Origin: Iphione sp. A-MEVVRFRX5
Taxonomy: Eukaryota
Assembly (NCBI GenBank): GCA_976226885.1
Contig: OZ320313.1
Span: forward strand, 52,700,001 to 52,764,000
Reading direction: 5' to 3'
DNA: 64,000 bases
The notes beneath the pieces were generated by a model, which worked only from the letters and a program-made list of their open reading frames with translations, was not told where the DNA came from and did not search any database. Shown one piece after another: positions 1 through 14,163 of the stretch. Numbering within the stretch: position 1 is the first letter of the stretch; every line of letters begins with the position of its first letter. Both the position numbers and the translations under genes were made by a program.

Positions 1-3000
1 TATCGGCACTGTATATATACCTGTCTTCTGTGCGGCCCATTACCTGTCGGACGCGGCTGGCAGCCGGCCCCCGGCGCCGTTAATGATGCTCGCTTAATGA
101 GGCGAGCCCCTCGCGGTCTCAGTCCACTGCCGGTAGCTCCCTGGGGCCCAGCAGCATCCCGCTCCATGATCGACCCACCTCGGACCGCTCCGCCCGCTCC
201 CAACAAACCTAAAATCCGACCGACAGCCGTAACCCGCTCACCTCTTCAGTGGGCGCCGGTGAGACAGCGGTGCGCAGATTTGGCCCATGTCTACCGCCGT
301 TGGGGCCCGCTTTGCCTCCCTGTCTCACTCCTCCGGGCGTCACACGGGCAGCACAGCACCTCTCAAGTATTATACCCTGTGGCTAATGGAGGCCAAATGC
401 TGCCTGCCAACCGCTATTTCAAAGTTGAAACTGAGGTGTACAAATCAAGTGCTAGCTCCTCACGATAGCTAATCTTATCTCGATCCGCTGCTGGTATACA
501 TGGTACTGCCTAGGCTCAGTAAACATTGCTAGGTCGTTTGAGCCCGAACACTTCTATTCGCAAAAACGTCTTTCGGCCCAGTTGAAAAAAAATCCAATAC
601 CGCCCTTTATCATCTAGGATGTTTATGGTTGCATGTGCCGATATACATGTGCGTTCATGAAAATGTGCTATGTTTGTGAGAAAAAGAAGTCGTAGTAAAG
701 CATACAAACTGAAGGCGGTGGTGTTGCTCTTTTCCCTTTTGCATGAACTGGTCCCCTTGTAGCCATTGCGATTCTTGTTGGAGGTGCTCTCGGGGAGTCG
801 AATAAGAACATTTAAAATCCAATACATGTACATGTTTTTTTTCGTACTGGTTGACCTGTTTCCACACGGAAATTTCACGGTCATCATACGAAAACAGCTG
901 GTGGCATAACCGTAAAGACCTCCCTCGGCCGGCTGGGAGAAACTCACTACAATCTCTTCAACAGCTCGGCGTCTGCTAGCGACGAACTCGCTTCTTTACA
1001 TCCTCAGTCGACAATGGCACTCACATCAGGAGTTACTAAGTAGAAGCCCTTTCCTACCGTGAGAGCTAAATCTGCACTTATAAATAGCTTAAACTTTGAG
1101 TCCGTGGCACTTGCTATTCAAAATGAAGCTTACTTGTTATCGTGCACGTTTTTGTGGAAGGTTAACGTCTAAATACCTAAGTAGAATCGGTTCTCTGTTA
1201 AACTAAGCTTTATTAGGCAAAAGTATGTATATGGACGAAATAACGACCCAAGGCTTCCGCTCTCATTCCTCTCAGTACACGAACATATCGTGTATCGGTT
1301 CTCCTCAGTGAATAAATAGAGCGTTTGTATATCGCCTATGGCAAGAGAGGCTGTGAAACCATCCTGAAAACATCCTTATCGATTTCAAAACAACAAATCG
1401 CATTAAAAGCTATTATCCTACTCTAAATCGCCCGAGACGGCCAGTTGATAGATTAATGCAAAAATAAAGTAGATCTAATCTATGAAACTGCAGTCAACTA
1501 TGTCCTTCTTCTGTAAAATTTCTAAACAAACGGCTCCAAGTCGGTCAATAAAAGAGACACCGCTTGTCTATCTGGCCGGAGCGGTTATAAACACAGACCT
1601 GCATCAGGCAGCCTTATATCCCCAATCGCCCATCACCACTCGCCTTGAATGCCACCTCCATCCAGAAAGTTCCACCTTTTAGTCAGCACCTGGTTTAGCT
1701 AATCGGCCAGCGTTTGACATGTCAGGATTACCAGATAACCTGACGTGCTACTTGTTTTGGCTGACACTGTTCACGTGCTCAGCTCGTTTTAGTTGCCTCA
1801 AGCACTTCTGCTGATTTAAGTGCATGCAGCTAAAAGTCTAAAGGAGCTTTTCAATGAGACCAAAGTTAACTACAGCGATCCTTTGATATTCAACACCTCA
1901 ATGTCCACATCGTACATACTTATTTGGCCAGTTTTTACCCAAAACAGGTTGGAATTGATGCCCCCAAGTTTCGATGTGCTTTGATAAGCTTTGGTATGCC
2001 GTCAAACGTTTAAATAATTCCTAACGAGCGATGAAAAATCCTGTGTGACGGCAGAGACACTGCTTCCTGCAGTCTTGCTAGTACATGTCGGGTTCTACAA
2101 TGTTGAACCTCATCGTTAAGCTGTCCCTCCATACCTATGGTATGTCCAAAAATTGTCACGCTGTCGGCGTTAGCCGGCAGCCCGCCCAGTATCAGTACAA
2201 CTTATCTCAGACCTCACTTTTTACGTATGACCACAGGTTACTCTTGCTGACTACGACATATTATCTACCCGAGGGCAATGTTTCTGTTAGGTCCCACAGC
2301 CACCTTAGCTCACCAGCCACCTCCACCCGCCCATTTCCTTATCCCTGAGCTTCAGTGATCCCTTCACCCCTGCTCCCAACCTATATCAGCCGACCCCGAG
2401 CAGCTCGCAGACCGCTTACATTAGCTCCGGACTCCGCCAGTGGTGCACAGGTCATCTCTCGTATTTCATGCTAAGCATGCTGTTATTTATCATGTAAGCG
2501 AAGATGATTATCGCCAGTTGCCTGCAGACAGGGTCCAATTCGTCAGTCACTATTTCTACAGGCCGGTCTTTCTTCGTGGACCTATTTTTTCTCAAGCAAG
2601 GCATGTGTGCCGCTATATCTTCACGAACATTGCCCCCCCGCATCCCATCTCCCTACCTGATAGGAACGCCATGTGGAATTTTCCCACCAAACAAACCTTT
2701 CTCTGCAGATCTCTACCGCATCATCACATACATGTATTTCTATGGTCGACTTTCCTATCTATCAGCAGTCTGAGGATGCGACTTTAAGTCACATAGTAAA
2801 AAGTCTAGAGAACGGCCTTTGACTTTTCAGCCTTGTTGTACAAAGAAATTTATACGTCGTATTTTAAAACTGCATTCGTATGCATGACAAATAGGAATTT
2901 CGTGGATACCCCTTGACCTCCGTCATATCAGTGATGGTTAGAAAACTAAGGCACCTCGCCCGACACGACCTCATGACGTCAACAAGCATTGAATGACATC

Positions 3001-6000
3001 GGGGCTGCTATACCCGCCTTTTGCTTCTTTCCGGGATTTTACCTGTGCAGCATCAGTGCAGTGACCCATAGGTTACCATGGCGATCTGCGTTGACCTTGG
3101 TGACCCGACACCACAAGAGGTCCTTGGTGTATAGCCGGTACTTTGATATCCCCTGCCTACAAAGTTTCGGATGGTATTGGCAGGCCCGCGGACAGATGGG
3201 TGCGGGAAACCATCTCCGGGCTAAAAAGATGAGGGTGTGTGGGTGCGCAAGCAGAATATGGGAGGGACGTGAGGAACAGGGTCAAGACTCACGGTGATTC
3301 TATTGCCTCCAGAGCATCTGGACTGTCTTTGCTTGTTACTACGACTAAACGTTGAGATGTACGCCAAAGGCTTGTACCCGTTCCTGATTAGAGCTACATC
3401 CACCATATGGGCCCAGCATTTGCAGGCCAGTTGGTTTTATACTTCAACCGAGAAACGCTTTGGAGAGTTCGATAATGTCTACGATTTGTGTCTTTCAATG
3501 TTTCGGACAAATATCAATGATTGAGTAGAGGATGAAAAAGACTAGTCTTTCTCTTGTGGTCACCTATGTGTAATAGCTCAGCAGGTCGAAATTGACTATC
3601 AGTGTTACAGGCTCGCCATCTGCCCAGCCAATTGTTGGCATTAAGGTTAAGATGAAGATGACACCAAAAGAAATGGATTATCAGGATCTTGGTGAAGATA
3701 CTATGCCTACACGTGCCCTGATATGATAGATCCCCCCTCAGAGTCTACAAGTAAAAGCATCAAAATAAGACCACTACATGTCATGTATACACCATTCCAG
3801 TGTGTACACTGCAGGAATGAATGGGGGCCAAAGCCGATGGAGAACGCAGGCGCAATCCATGTATCACCGCCAGGAATGATGCTCTCTAGGCTTCGAGTGG
3901 ATGTGAGTGAAGAAAAAGGATACGGAGAAGTCGAATTATGACCCTTTACCTAAAGCAATCTATCCACGTAATGAACCGCCCGCCGGTGAAATAGCAACAA
4001 ACCGGTCGAACTATCTGAAATGTTTATAACTCGCTCGGAGGAAGTCTAAACCTTTTTGAAGAAGAAAAGAAACTGTAAAGAGAAACAGTAGGAACAGGCG
4101 GATTGTAGCCACGTAACCCCTGGTTGTACGTCCATCATCATGGTGACAGAGACGCTATCCAGACCTCCCAGGAAGATGGCGGCCGCTGAGATCAGAACGA
4201 GGCTTGACGGACAGGTCAGTTGCCACTGATGGCCGCTATGGGACCAGGTTGGCCCACAATCCCCTTACACCCCATATGGCCTCGTCCCCCTTCTAAAATC
4301 CCCTATTCAGGTTGAGGAATACCTAGCGGCAGAGCAGTAGGGAGAGACAAGGGAGAGTGGCTGGCTCAAGGGAGTAGAAACATTGACCAACATTCAGAAT
4401 GCCTACTTCAGCGCGCTTGGAAATAGCCTCGACGCCTGTCTTCACCGCGGAGGAGACGCAGGCTCTGAGGGAGAGGAGTGATGAATGCCGCTCCCGGCTG
4501 AATCGACGCCTGCTCCAGGGTGCTCTTCATTACTCCAGAAAGCCTCCTGACCGCTACGGAATTCTGGGAGGGGCCCATCCTACGACGCAAGAGCTTTTTT
4601 CCAACCTTAGTCTAAAGGTTTGCGACATTATCGTCGTTTTTGTCCTTTGATGTCGTAACAAATTAGGTTCGTGTGAGCCTTCCTGTCTGGCCTCCTGGCG
4701 GAGGTTCTATAAACAAGGAAGTTGTACAACAGTTACATTAATGCTAGTTGAGAATACTGTTACAGGTGGCCAGCCGAGTGTTCTAATAATAAATACCAAA
4801 CATAATACAGGACAATACCTATTCAATGGGTCAAAACTGGGAAGCGACATTTATAGGTCGCTCTTCACGCGTTCGTTGATCACCTACTGACTAGATTAAA
4901 CGGGAAGTATGTAATAAACAGATTCTTTATAAAAAGGAATGTACCTATTTGATCTTCATTGAAGATATTTTCAATCCTGTTTATCCATTTGATTTTTATC
5001 ATAAGTTGTAAACTGGCAGTTGATTTGCCATGTTCACATGGGGGCTACAATACTTCCCTACCATTATGTTTATCAAAAAGTCATCGTGTTCCTTGCTATA
5101 TAAAGTGTTCCATAGGGTTGGCTATCGCACCAATACGGAAATGTTCCCTACCATGGCTAAAGGGTTTATAGGGAGCAATTTGTAAAGGAGAGAATATTCA
5201 TACATGTAAAACACAAGACATCTTATTGAAACAAATGCCTTTCACCTCCTTAGCTCCTTTCTAAGGAGAACCATATAGAACATCTTTCTTTTCTTAGGGT
5301 GAGTGTGTAAACCTCATTTTGTCACTGTTTCAATTCATGTCCGAATCGCCGTCTCCGCCTAATGGAACAGAATGAATGGATAAGCAGTCATATTTACATG
5401 GGGCGAGGGGGCTGTAATCCATTTTAACCTGGGCTGAGGTGCTGGTGCTTCTTCACGGCGGCGAATGCCGTTGCCAATGAGTGGGACCAGGCAAAGACAA
5501 ATGGGATATAAGGGTTTTTATCGCATTGTAATGCGGCGGTAATTGTGCTGTCAGAGGGAACTAGGTTATCCCCACTTTAACAGCTGAACTGGTAAATGAG
5601 AGTGGACGGAAGTAAAGGCGGATTTGTGACTATTTTGATTTGTTCACCGACGTCCCCTCAAGTCAGGGAGAGGGAAAGCACCCTCCCGAAGCAGAATTCC
5701 TTCTTCTGTTAATGTGCGTGTTTTTGTGCGTATGCCGAGGGAAGCGCATGCATGTTCATCTGAGTACAGAGTCTGTCTGCAGCAGTTATTTTATACACTG
5801 AACTGACAAACAAATTACAACTAAAATGCACACTTGAGGCGATCTGCCATCGACAATCTCATATAGGCGTACCCATTGTAGGACATCAGATATGCCTTCC
5901 GATAATCCTTTCTGACATCGCATTTCCACAACTTGATTACATTCTACATTCTGCACGGGATACCCTTCGAACGCCGAGTTTCATTGAAACATCAAAGGAG

Positions 6001-6072
6001 AAATTACTTCGTAGTATCAAACTCATAATTACAGAAATTGAATACCTTCAGAGGATGTTTGCGTAGACATAC

Positions 6073-6117
6073 CAGAGAACGATGAGGTACTTACCTGAAA
6101 GAAAAATTTGCATTAGA
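6073..6117 (-). other. Recursive splice site RS-C with 22-nt RS-exon (6094..6073)
   Basis: Minus strand reads ttCTAATgcaaatttttctttcag|GTAAGTacctcatcgttctctg|GTATGT: CTAAT branch point, pyrimidine tract, CAG|GTAAGT at 6095/6094, downstream donor CTG|GTATGT at 6073/6072. Confidence 0.75.
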
Positions 6118-7960
6118 ATAGGTTGCAAGGGTATTCATCATCTGAAATACTATGTATCTTCATTAGATCCAGCCAAATATACCACTGGCTTAGAAAGATA
6201 GCTAGTGTACAAGAAATAAATGGAAAGTAAGAAATGGGTACTTTGAATAAAACGATGTATTAATCTCAATAGAAAATGCCCCTGAAAGAAAGAACCCCGC
6301 GAAACCATTATCGATTGTCATACACGTCAAATGGCTAATTGTGTTGAAGTCCATTACCCCTTCCTGCTTTGAACAAGACTCCTTGTTTTTCCCCTTTAGC
6401 TTGAATCGAAATGCAGGCATTACGATGCATTCCTTGCATTACCATCTATTTGCATAATTTGCAGGCATGTTTTCTGGCAAGATCAATAGCCATTTCTACT
6501 TGACTGAAACACTATCCGTCAACCAGGTTTTCGGCACCTACGGAAGGCAAATGATGCATACCGAAAAAACGGTGTTTTCTCTTGAATCTTTCATGCACCC
6601 GACGAAATGTGAAGGCTCCGAGCTTGTACTGGGTGGTTCACAGTAGATGGGGACAGAGAACAGGGATCTAGGACGAGCAGAAGTAGGATGTCGTGCGTAA
6701 TCATGCTTTTCAGTTGTTCAAAAATGATTAACCTGCTGGATAAGTGGAGGGAGCCGCTGCGACATGTCGGAGTGATTGCATGGTGTCCTGTGCTGATGAC
6801 AGCAATGTTTGTCGATAAGTCAATACTGAAACTGGTGGGGTACATGTCACGGGCTATAACATGTATTAACAGATGAAACAGTTTCCAATGTCATCCATCA
6901 TTATTTTTAATTAAAAACAACGGGTAATTTAGGAACAAATACAGATTGTTCTGCACTCTTTTTTCCTTGACAGTAATATAAGGCTTTGCCTTGTTTGATA
7001 ACCTGTTAACGTTTTATAGCCTATAGCTACATATCAATGGGCCATGAGTCACTTTTCCCTGCCGTTATGACTTTGGTTTTCAATCGGTGTAAATGGCCGG
7101 AAGGGACTCTCAATCGGTGCCAAGCTTTCATTATTACCAAACCACCATCGCTTCAAAGCCTCCAATTAAGGGGCTTTCGTGTGCCAGTGCCGCAGGGTCC
7201 ACCCAAATTGTTTCAGGGGCGCCCACAAACATCGCTGTTCCAGTCGCTCATATAGACTCCTTTGTCTTACAAACTTCTCCATTAAGAAAGAAATCTCACA
7301 CTTTCTTTCTCTGTGATCTTTGTACTTCTATGGGCTTCTCTGTCTGTTGCTCTGAGTGTCTCTGTCCCTGTATCTGTCTGCCACTCTCTGCCACTCTCTG
7401 CCACTCCCCCTCTACCTCGAAAAGCCCGTGAAAACACTTACAGAATCAATGAATTCGACTCATTGAAAGTTATTGACTGATTCGGGGAGTGGGCGAAACC
7501 AGAGAGGGAAACCCTCAATGAGCAGAGAATGCCGAATCACAATTAAAACGCCTTTCAGCCGAGGCTTGAGTTACATAATGCCTCAAAAAAACAACCCATC
7601 GAAGGCATGCTGCCACCCTCACAGGGGTGCAGCACGACGAAGTGGCGAATTCCTCACCCTAATACAGAATAACAATAGTATTGATTTGCAATAATTGTAT
7701 TTCATTTTTACCTTTCCTCACACGAAATGCCTAATTATCAGAGGACTTATAATCAGATTGAGGATGAAGGAATGAATGGGAAATCGAAAGTGGGGAGTAG
7801 TGCACAGCAACACTTGCCAGAACTGTGAAATGCTGTTTCTCCCACAAGAAAGAAATGGAATTCGAGGAAGCAATGAAAACCAAAAGCTCTATAGATGAAT
7901 GTAACCGCACACAGAACGCAGATTATAGAAACAATCAAGAGAATGGCGTATTTGTCTGAC

Positions 7961-8013
7961 TTAATTAGGTTCCGGAAGAAATTGATAATTATCGTTTTGC
8001 CAGGAAGTAATTA
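7961..8013. promoter_or_regulatory. Homeodomain + ETS site cluster (enhancer candidate)
   Basis: TTAATTAG, TCCGGAAG, palindromic GATAATTATC, CAGGAAGT and TAATTA within 53 bp. Confidence 0.4.
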
Positions 8014-8599
8014 AAGGATTTGAAATTGGATTGTCCTGGAGCGACTCATGGTTCGCAGGCTCAATGAAGAAGTGCCTGCCTTGATTTTTGTTTCCGCATC
8101 ATTCCGACTTGGAACTATCAGTCTCATAAATGGGAAAACATCTATATGTCCTGCGGGAGACATACGCCTCATAACGGATGCTTCTTGTCAGTCGAAGGTT
8201 ATCAGGAGACGATCAGGTTTGTCTCCGAGAGTAACTGAGGATTCTACGTGGGATATTAATGTCTACCAAATAAAGATATTCTCGTAATAAAAAAATCTGT
8301 GAACTGATAACTAGAGCCACAACAGAGGGAACACAAAGATAGAGATCAAGGACGGTTAGGAACAGTTAGACAGAAGCATACATCCTGTCAAATAAAACAT
8401 TTTAGAACACATATACTTTTCACACACAGGCAGAGAAGACACAAAAGAAAATGGTGCATGGATAAAAAGCAAAAAGAGAAACTGCATTTCAAGCTGTTGT
8501 TTGACACTGTCCTATTGGGACAGCTATGTCTTCCACACTCACTGGGCACCGTGGTCGTCAAATGACTTGGCACCAGAATAAGGTCCATCAAAAGGGCGT

Positions 8600-8710
8600 G
8601 ACCTGTCGGAGTTGGCCCCAGCCAATCAGCGGGCGCAACGATGCCGCCATGTTGGTTACAAACAAACACATTCGGATTGCCCCCACGTGCAATCGCTGAT
8701 TGGATTAGAT
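8600..8710 (-). promoter_or_regulatory. Promoter-like motif cluster (two inverted CCAAT boxes, YY1, E-box)
   Basis: CCAATCAGC 8622-8630 and GCTGATTGG 8695-8703, GCCGCCATGTT 8643-8653, CACGTG flanked by GATTGC/GCAATC. Confidence 0.35.
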
Positions 8711-11700
8711 CTAGAGGCTACCGCACAACAAGCCTCATTTGGCCTGGAGGAGCTAAGTGCCCTACGCTCAGCCAACTATTGCCACATGATAAGGAGATGC
8801 AGAGGTGCCGTGAAACTGCTGTGGTTTGAAATAAACGTACATGCAGTTTGCTATCTGTGTTTTTTCACCTTGGAACAAAACAGATCGATCCATGTCTTTT
8901 TTTTCTAGACAGCTGCAAGTTACGAATGACAGAGGTGCGGTTTTTTGTTACGTTCCGTATGCCAATGGGAAAGCAGAGAGATACAAGACGAATAGGCGAT
9001 GAAGTATGAAGGAGTAGAGGGCGGGCTTGTCTGAGATTCAGTAGAAAGTGGCGCCCCCTCGACCTCTTCCAGCCAGGCCAGATTGGCCCCTCTAATCCGA
9101 CAGCCCGGGCCGGCTTAATCATGGTATTATCCTGGCGGCGCCGGCCGCGCACGCTACAATTTGTCCACGTTAGCCCATAATTTGGGGCCATTGAGCCAAT
9201 TTCGTCCAACGCCTACCGCCCCTAGGACCTCGTCCCTCTCCGGGGCGCCGCTAGGCGGGGCTGGTGGCACCCTGTGAGGAGGGGATTGTCAATGCCGCCG
9301 TCTTGCCATGCCATCTTAAACATTCTCCATCATACGTAGCGTCTCAGGCAAGCTGGAACACACACACACTGTCTGAATGGTTCCTTAAAACACAGTCGGC
9401 GAGCGGCAAAGCGCTTGACACGCTGTCAATTTCGTCCCATTCACTCTCCGCCTGCCTACCGGTTTACCAACACAACCCCTGGTGGCAGCGCTACTTACGT
9501 GATGACAATGCTGCTGCTCCACCACCCAATGAAACATCCTGCCCTCTCCCCGTCGTATTCTGGTCATTCCTAATGCGGCGTAGTAACTCACAAACTTCTC
9601 CTAGGTCAGCAGAGTTTCTCTATGGGATCCAGCCGACTGCTGCTTCTTAATTCAATTGAAACCGGAAAAAGCACCCAACACCGTTGGCTATAGTGTGAAA
9701 AGGGCATGTTGACTGCCGCTTTTTGTAGTGTATGACGCTTCCTCCATCGGCGAACAGTGCGCTGAATTTGTCCACAGGGACGCTTAGAAAGGTTATTAGC
9801 CCTTTTTATAGCCCATTTCGAACATTGAGTCAAATACCAACACTTTTCCTTCCTCTCTATCTTGCGTCCCCTACTTAAATACATGTCCTCTTTTAGATAT
9901 TAATTCATTATAGTCAAATAGAGACATAGCTATGCTTTAGAAATCCCACACTTTGCTGATGTGAAACGTATTCCTGCAATTTTTTTTTTATCTAAAAAAT
10001 AAACACTTCGTTCCACCTTCTTGATTTACTTACGATTACATGTGAACTCAAGTCGTGACCATTCAGCCTATAATCTGTTAACACGCACATATACAGGGAT
10101 AAATCGGCACAAAGGAGTGCTGGTCTGAGACGAAAGGTGCCATCTGATTTTTAAAAGAAAGCTCCGGCGTGGCGATGGGTATCTTGTGCCCGAAACAAAA
10201 TGACAGTTTCCGCGGGGAAGATGACGGCATGCTCTCCTCGCAAAGACTCCCTATTGCGCCTTTTTCCTGGAGCGCCCCTGGCGGACTTGTCATGATATTG
10301 GTCTCGTTTGGCGAGAGTTTCGGGTTTTAGGGTGAACTCAGGATGACATCACGTGTCACATCGATGATGCGCTGACGTTGAAATATTAAAAAGCTCTCTG
10401 CAAACTAAATTTGATAGTTAATGCCTTTCCACTCTCGCCCAAATGTACAACGTTATTTTACAACGAACATGCACCACTGACAACATCTAGCAACCATAAT
10501 AAGGTCGTCATGTATTTTCTGGCATAGAGGGATTCACCGTGCTTTCACTGTGTGCCGTAAGGATGATATCGACCACTAGTCTTTGTCAAAATGCATTTTC
10601 CATTCGAGCAGAGAGAACCGTCGTAGTGCACTTTTTCAACACCAATACAAGTCGGCTGTACGTACGTGTGTTAGACTATCCACGCTGTCATCCACTCAGC
10701 AGAAAGCGGTCTGAATGGCCTCTTTGAGGGCGATGAAGAAAACGAAAAGAGAACCGAAAAGATGATGAATACAAAGAAAAGGTGTTTGGTTTGTGAATCG
10801 AATCCAGCATATGAATGTGGGACTTGGGAAGGATGAAAGAAGCGTGTGAGGTCGATTAGGGTAGGTGTACACACAATCGCGAAAGAAGATTGAAAGCAGA
10901 GGGGCGGCAAGGGGGGGGGGAGAAAGGATTCGATAGATAGGGATGGCTGCAGGGAATGAGTATCAGACAGGTAAACTAACACCTTTGTTGGTGCTCACTG
11001 TCCGTGGCGGCATCCGCCCAAGCACTATAATATGGCTTCTCCAAATCACTAGTTACAGGCAGAACGTGTGTCAGCCACTATTCAACACCCGTTACGCCAG
11101 TGGTGTGTGGACCCCAGACAGGACGTGATGACCAATTGACACTCAATGATGATATCCCATAGCCAAGACATCGATAGGGAGCGTTAGCGGGAGATTGCCG
11201 TTACGCCCCGGCGGTCTAATTTGAATTGAATATATGTGAGGACGGGTAGAATAAATATTTATCCACTGTTCCTTGCACTTACACCCTGGCAAAGTCTAAT
11301 TTAACAATAATTAAAACATCTCTGCGGAAATTTACGTATGGATGAATATTTATTTTAAACCGCTGATTGTATACGTAGGATGTGGTAACTCCAGATATGT
11401 GAGTAGAATGTGGATATATGCATCTATAAGCATTTCTACATTTTGCAAATTACATGCGATTTTTTTCGCACCTTCATGGACATGTAGTTCTTTGTTCAAA
11501 GTCATCGACATCGGTATCCAGTGATTTCTCTAACTGGGCCTCTGATGTGCGCTCTTCCGCTTGTCACTCCATCGGAATGGGATACGAAGCAGCTCAAGGA
11601 AGTCCTTTGATCCTCGAATAGGAAGACAGAGTCACATGACCTTCTGTCCGCCGGCCTGTCGGCGCTCGGTGGCCCGTCCCTTCGTGTCATTACAGAAGCA

Positions 11701-14000
11701 CAGGGCACGTCTTTGTAACGGTGTCAAGTTTCTACTTCTGTGTGCTTTCCAATGTGTACCCAAGGCCTGCAGATGGTGGGCATATCAATAAGAGGGGCAA
11801 GGGATCCACTTCACCAGATATGTGTACTTTTGAGAAGTAATCTCTGGACCTGGTGCTCATCTACATGGAGTTGTTAATAAGGAAATAACAGAAATCCTCC
11901 AATGTGACGCTAGGTTGCCAATACAAGGCCCGTCTCTGTTGCCGTGAAACACATTTGAACCCCGCTTTGCCTGCCTCGAATGTCTCGTACGAGCAGTAAT
12001 GTAACGGTCCAAAAATCACCAATGAAATATGAGCGTGATGTAGCATAGACACGCGGCTGATGGCCAGAAGGGGGTTTAGCCCGGGGGAGTGCTGCTGAAC
12101 AAATCATCAGGAGTTACCAAACATGCAGGTTAGATCATAATTACATCTTACTGCGTCGCTTAGCAAGGCCCAACGGCCGCGCCTACGCGTCCCTGGTGAT
12201 CACCACAACCAACTCCTACTCGGGGGAAGATTTCAGCAGATACTCGCGGTCTGTTAAGTGTGTTAACACTGCGACCGGTACTCTGCGAGGCTCCCGGGGG
12301 AGAAGCAGACCAATAATCATAATGTGAATGGAAATGAGGGAATTTGTAGCAATGGGTGGAAAGGACGCCCGTTGATAGAGAACGGGGAAAAACTTGGTAT
12401 GGTTGTTAGAGGAACGGGTGAAAAATAATAGCGGCAACACCTAAGGGTTAAACACTGATATAATCCTTACCACAGTGCCTTTTCCAGACAATTGTGGATA
12501 AACCTTTAGCACAGAGAGATGTCTGCACCTTTGTTGACCGAATACCTGGGCAACTAATATTTACATAAATATGTACATTCTATAGTTTTTTTTCTACCGT
12601 TTGCTGTAACGATGATAGCCCTTAATAAGAAGCAGATGTAAACAAATGTATCGATAGAAGTACGACTATATAATTTGTGTATACAGTTGAAACACGCACA
12701 GGGGACCAACCTTGGACTGGTCAGTTTTGATCTCTCCCACAGTTTGGTCATGACAGATACAATATTTATGCAGTGAAGTGAATGGTTTGGCTTCAGGAAG
12801 CTTGGTCTCTATCCTAGTTTAGTCTTTTCAGTGATCTGGTTTTTAAACGGGTCTGCATTGTAATGTGATACATGTATATGCATAATATAATATTATGAAA
12901 ACAACATTTGAGGTTTTTTTAAAATGCTATGGTAAATGAAGCATTACATTGACATGTATATGGAATTCACCAGTGCAAATTTTGTTTATATGTACATGTA
13001 TACTGAAAAATAATGATGATGTCATCCATTGATTGATTCAACAGACAACATACAAGTTTAGGTACAAAAATGCATATGCATTAAGCATATAGGTAACCCT
13101 TGTTCCATTCACTAGGGCGTCATTGTTGTTATTAGGACCTACAATACACCCAATGTGTTAATAATGCAGTACTCAGTGAAATTATATCTACACTGAAAAA
13201 ATGAACTTGTCCTAGCATTGTCTATATGACAACTTTTAGGGTTGTCATTGAGTTTTTGACAATCTAAATTGTGTATGACAATGGGATAATCAAATTGACA
13301 ACACTGTTTGTCATAAACATGTCACACACTTGTCAAATCATCCCTTAGGTCTCACTACACCAGTTATTTTAAGGGTAAAGTGACAGAATCTATACCCAGA
13401 TTATTTCAAGGAAATCAATGAATATACAACTGTGAAATTTAGAATATTATCAGTAGATTTACTAAATTCTATACAAAGGTATTTCTGAGATCAGTAAAAG
13501 AAAGAAAAACATGTCATTCAAATTCAAATGTAGCATACCTTAAATAACAGTTATGGAGTTAGAGACACTTGTCTGAGGTGAGTGAACATACTAACTCATT
13601 ACAGACCTTTAAAATGGTCCTAGAAGGAAGTGCTTTATACCAAAATGAAGCTTGGAACCTCCCCTACATCACTGTTGCATTGGATTTTGTCTTACATGGT
13701 GTTTAGGACCTTATATTTACGAAAACGTACGATCGCGATACATCGCGATCAGTAGTCTTAGTGCTTGTGGATAGCAGATATTGTGCTTTCAATGGCTTGG
13801 AGGGTCTCACTGATAATGGATATTTGTGGTTTTGACATGGCAATGCTCTGCTCTTGTTAGTGTGTTACCAAGTTGTGACTGGGCCAGCCTGTGTGTGGCT
13901 CCTCTTTATTCATGTTTTACCTCCTGTTTCTATGGTGACCCTCTTTCAGGTCTCACAATGCTTTGTGGATATGATTTGTTATGGCCCTGTATCAGAGACA

Positions 14001-14042
14001 CATATTCAACACGGTTTCGACTACTGTCTCTTCAGGCACATA
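14001..14042 (-). ncRNA. Minimal type I hammerhead ribozyme of the Penelope element (probably partly decayed)
   Basis: Minus strand: uaugugc CUGAAGA GAC agua GUC GAAAC cgu GUU gaauaug. Intact CUGAnGA and GAAA boxes, 3-bp stem II, 2-bp stem III with GUU triplet, 7-bp stem I with one mismatch and two G-U pairs. About 120 nt downstream of the GIY-YIG stop, same orientation. Confidence 0.72.
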
Positions 14043-14163
14043 GTGGGGCTGATTTTACCAAGATATTTTACTTTAGCTTAGGTTGCTTAATAAGTTATTT
14101 TTTTAAATTGATCATTCCAAATGGGTATGGTAATTTTTGTGATGAGGCTAGTGTCCCACTGTG

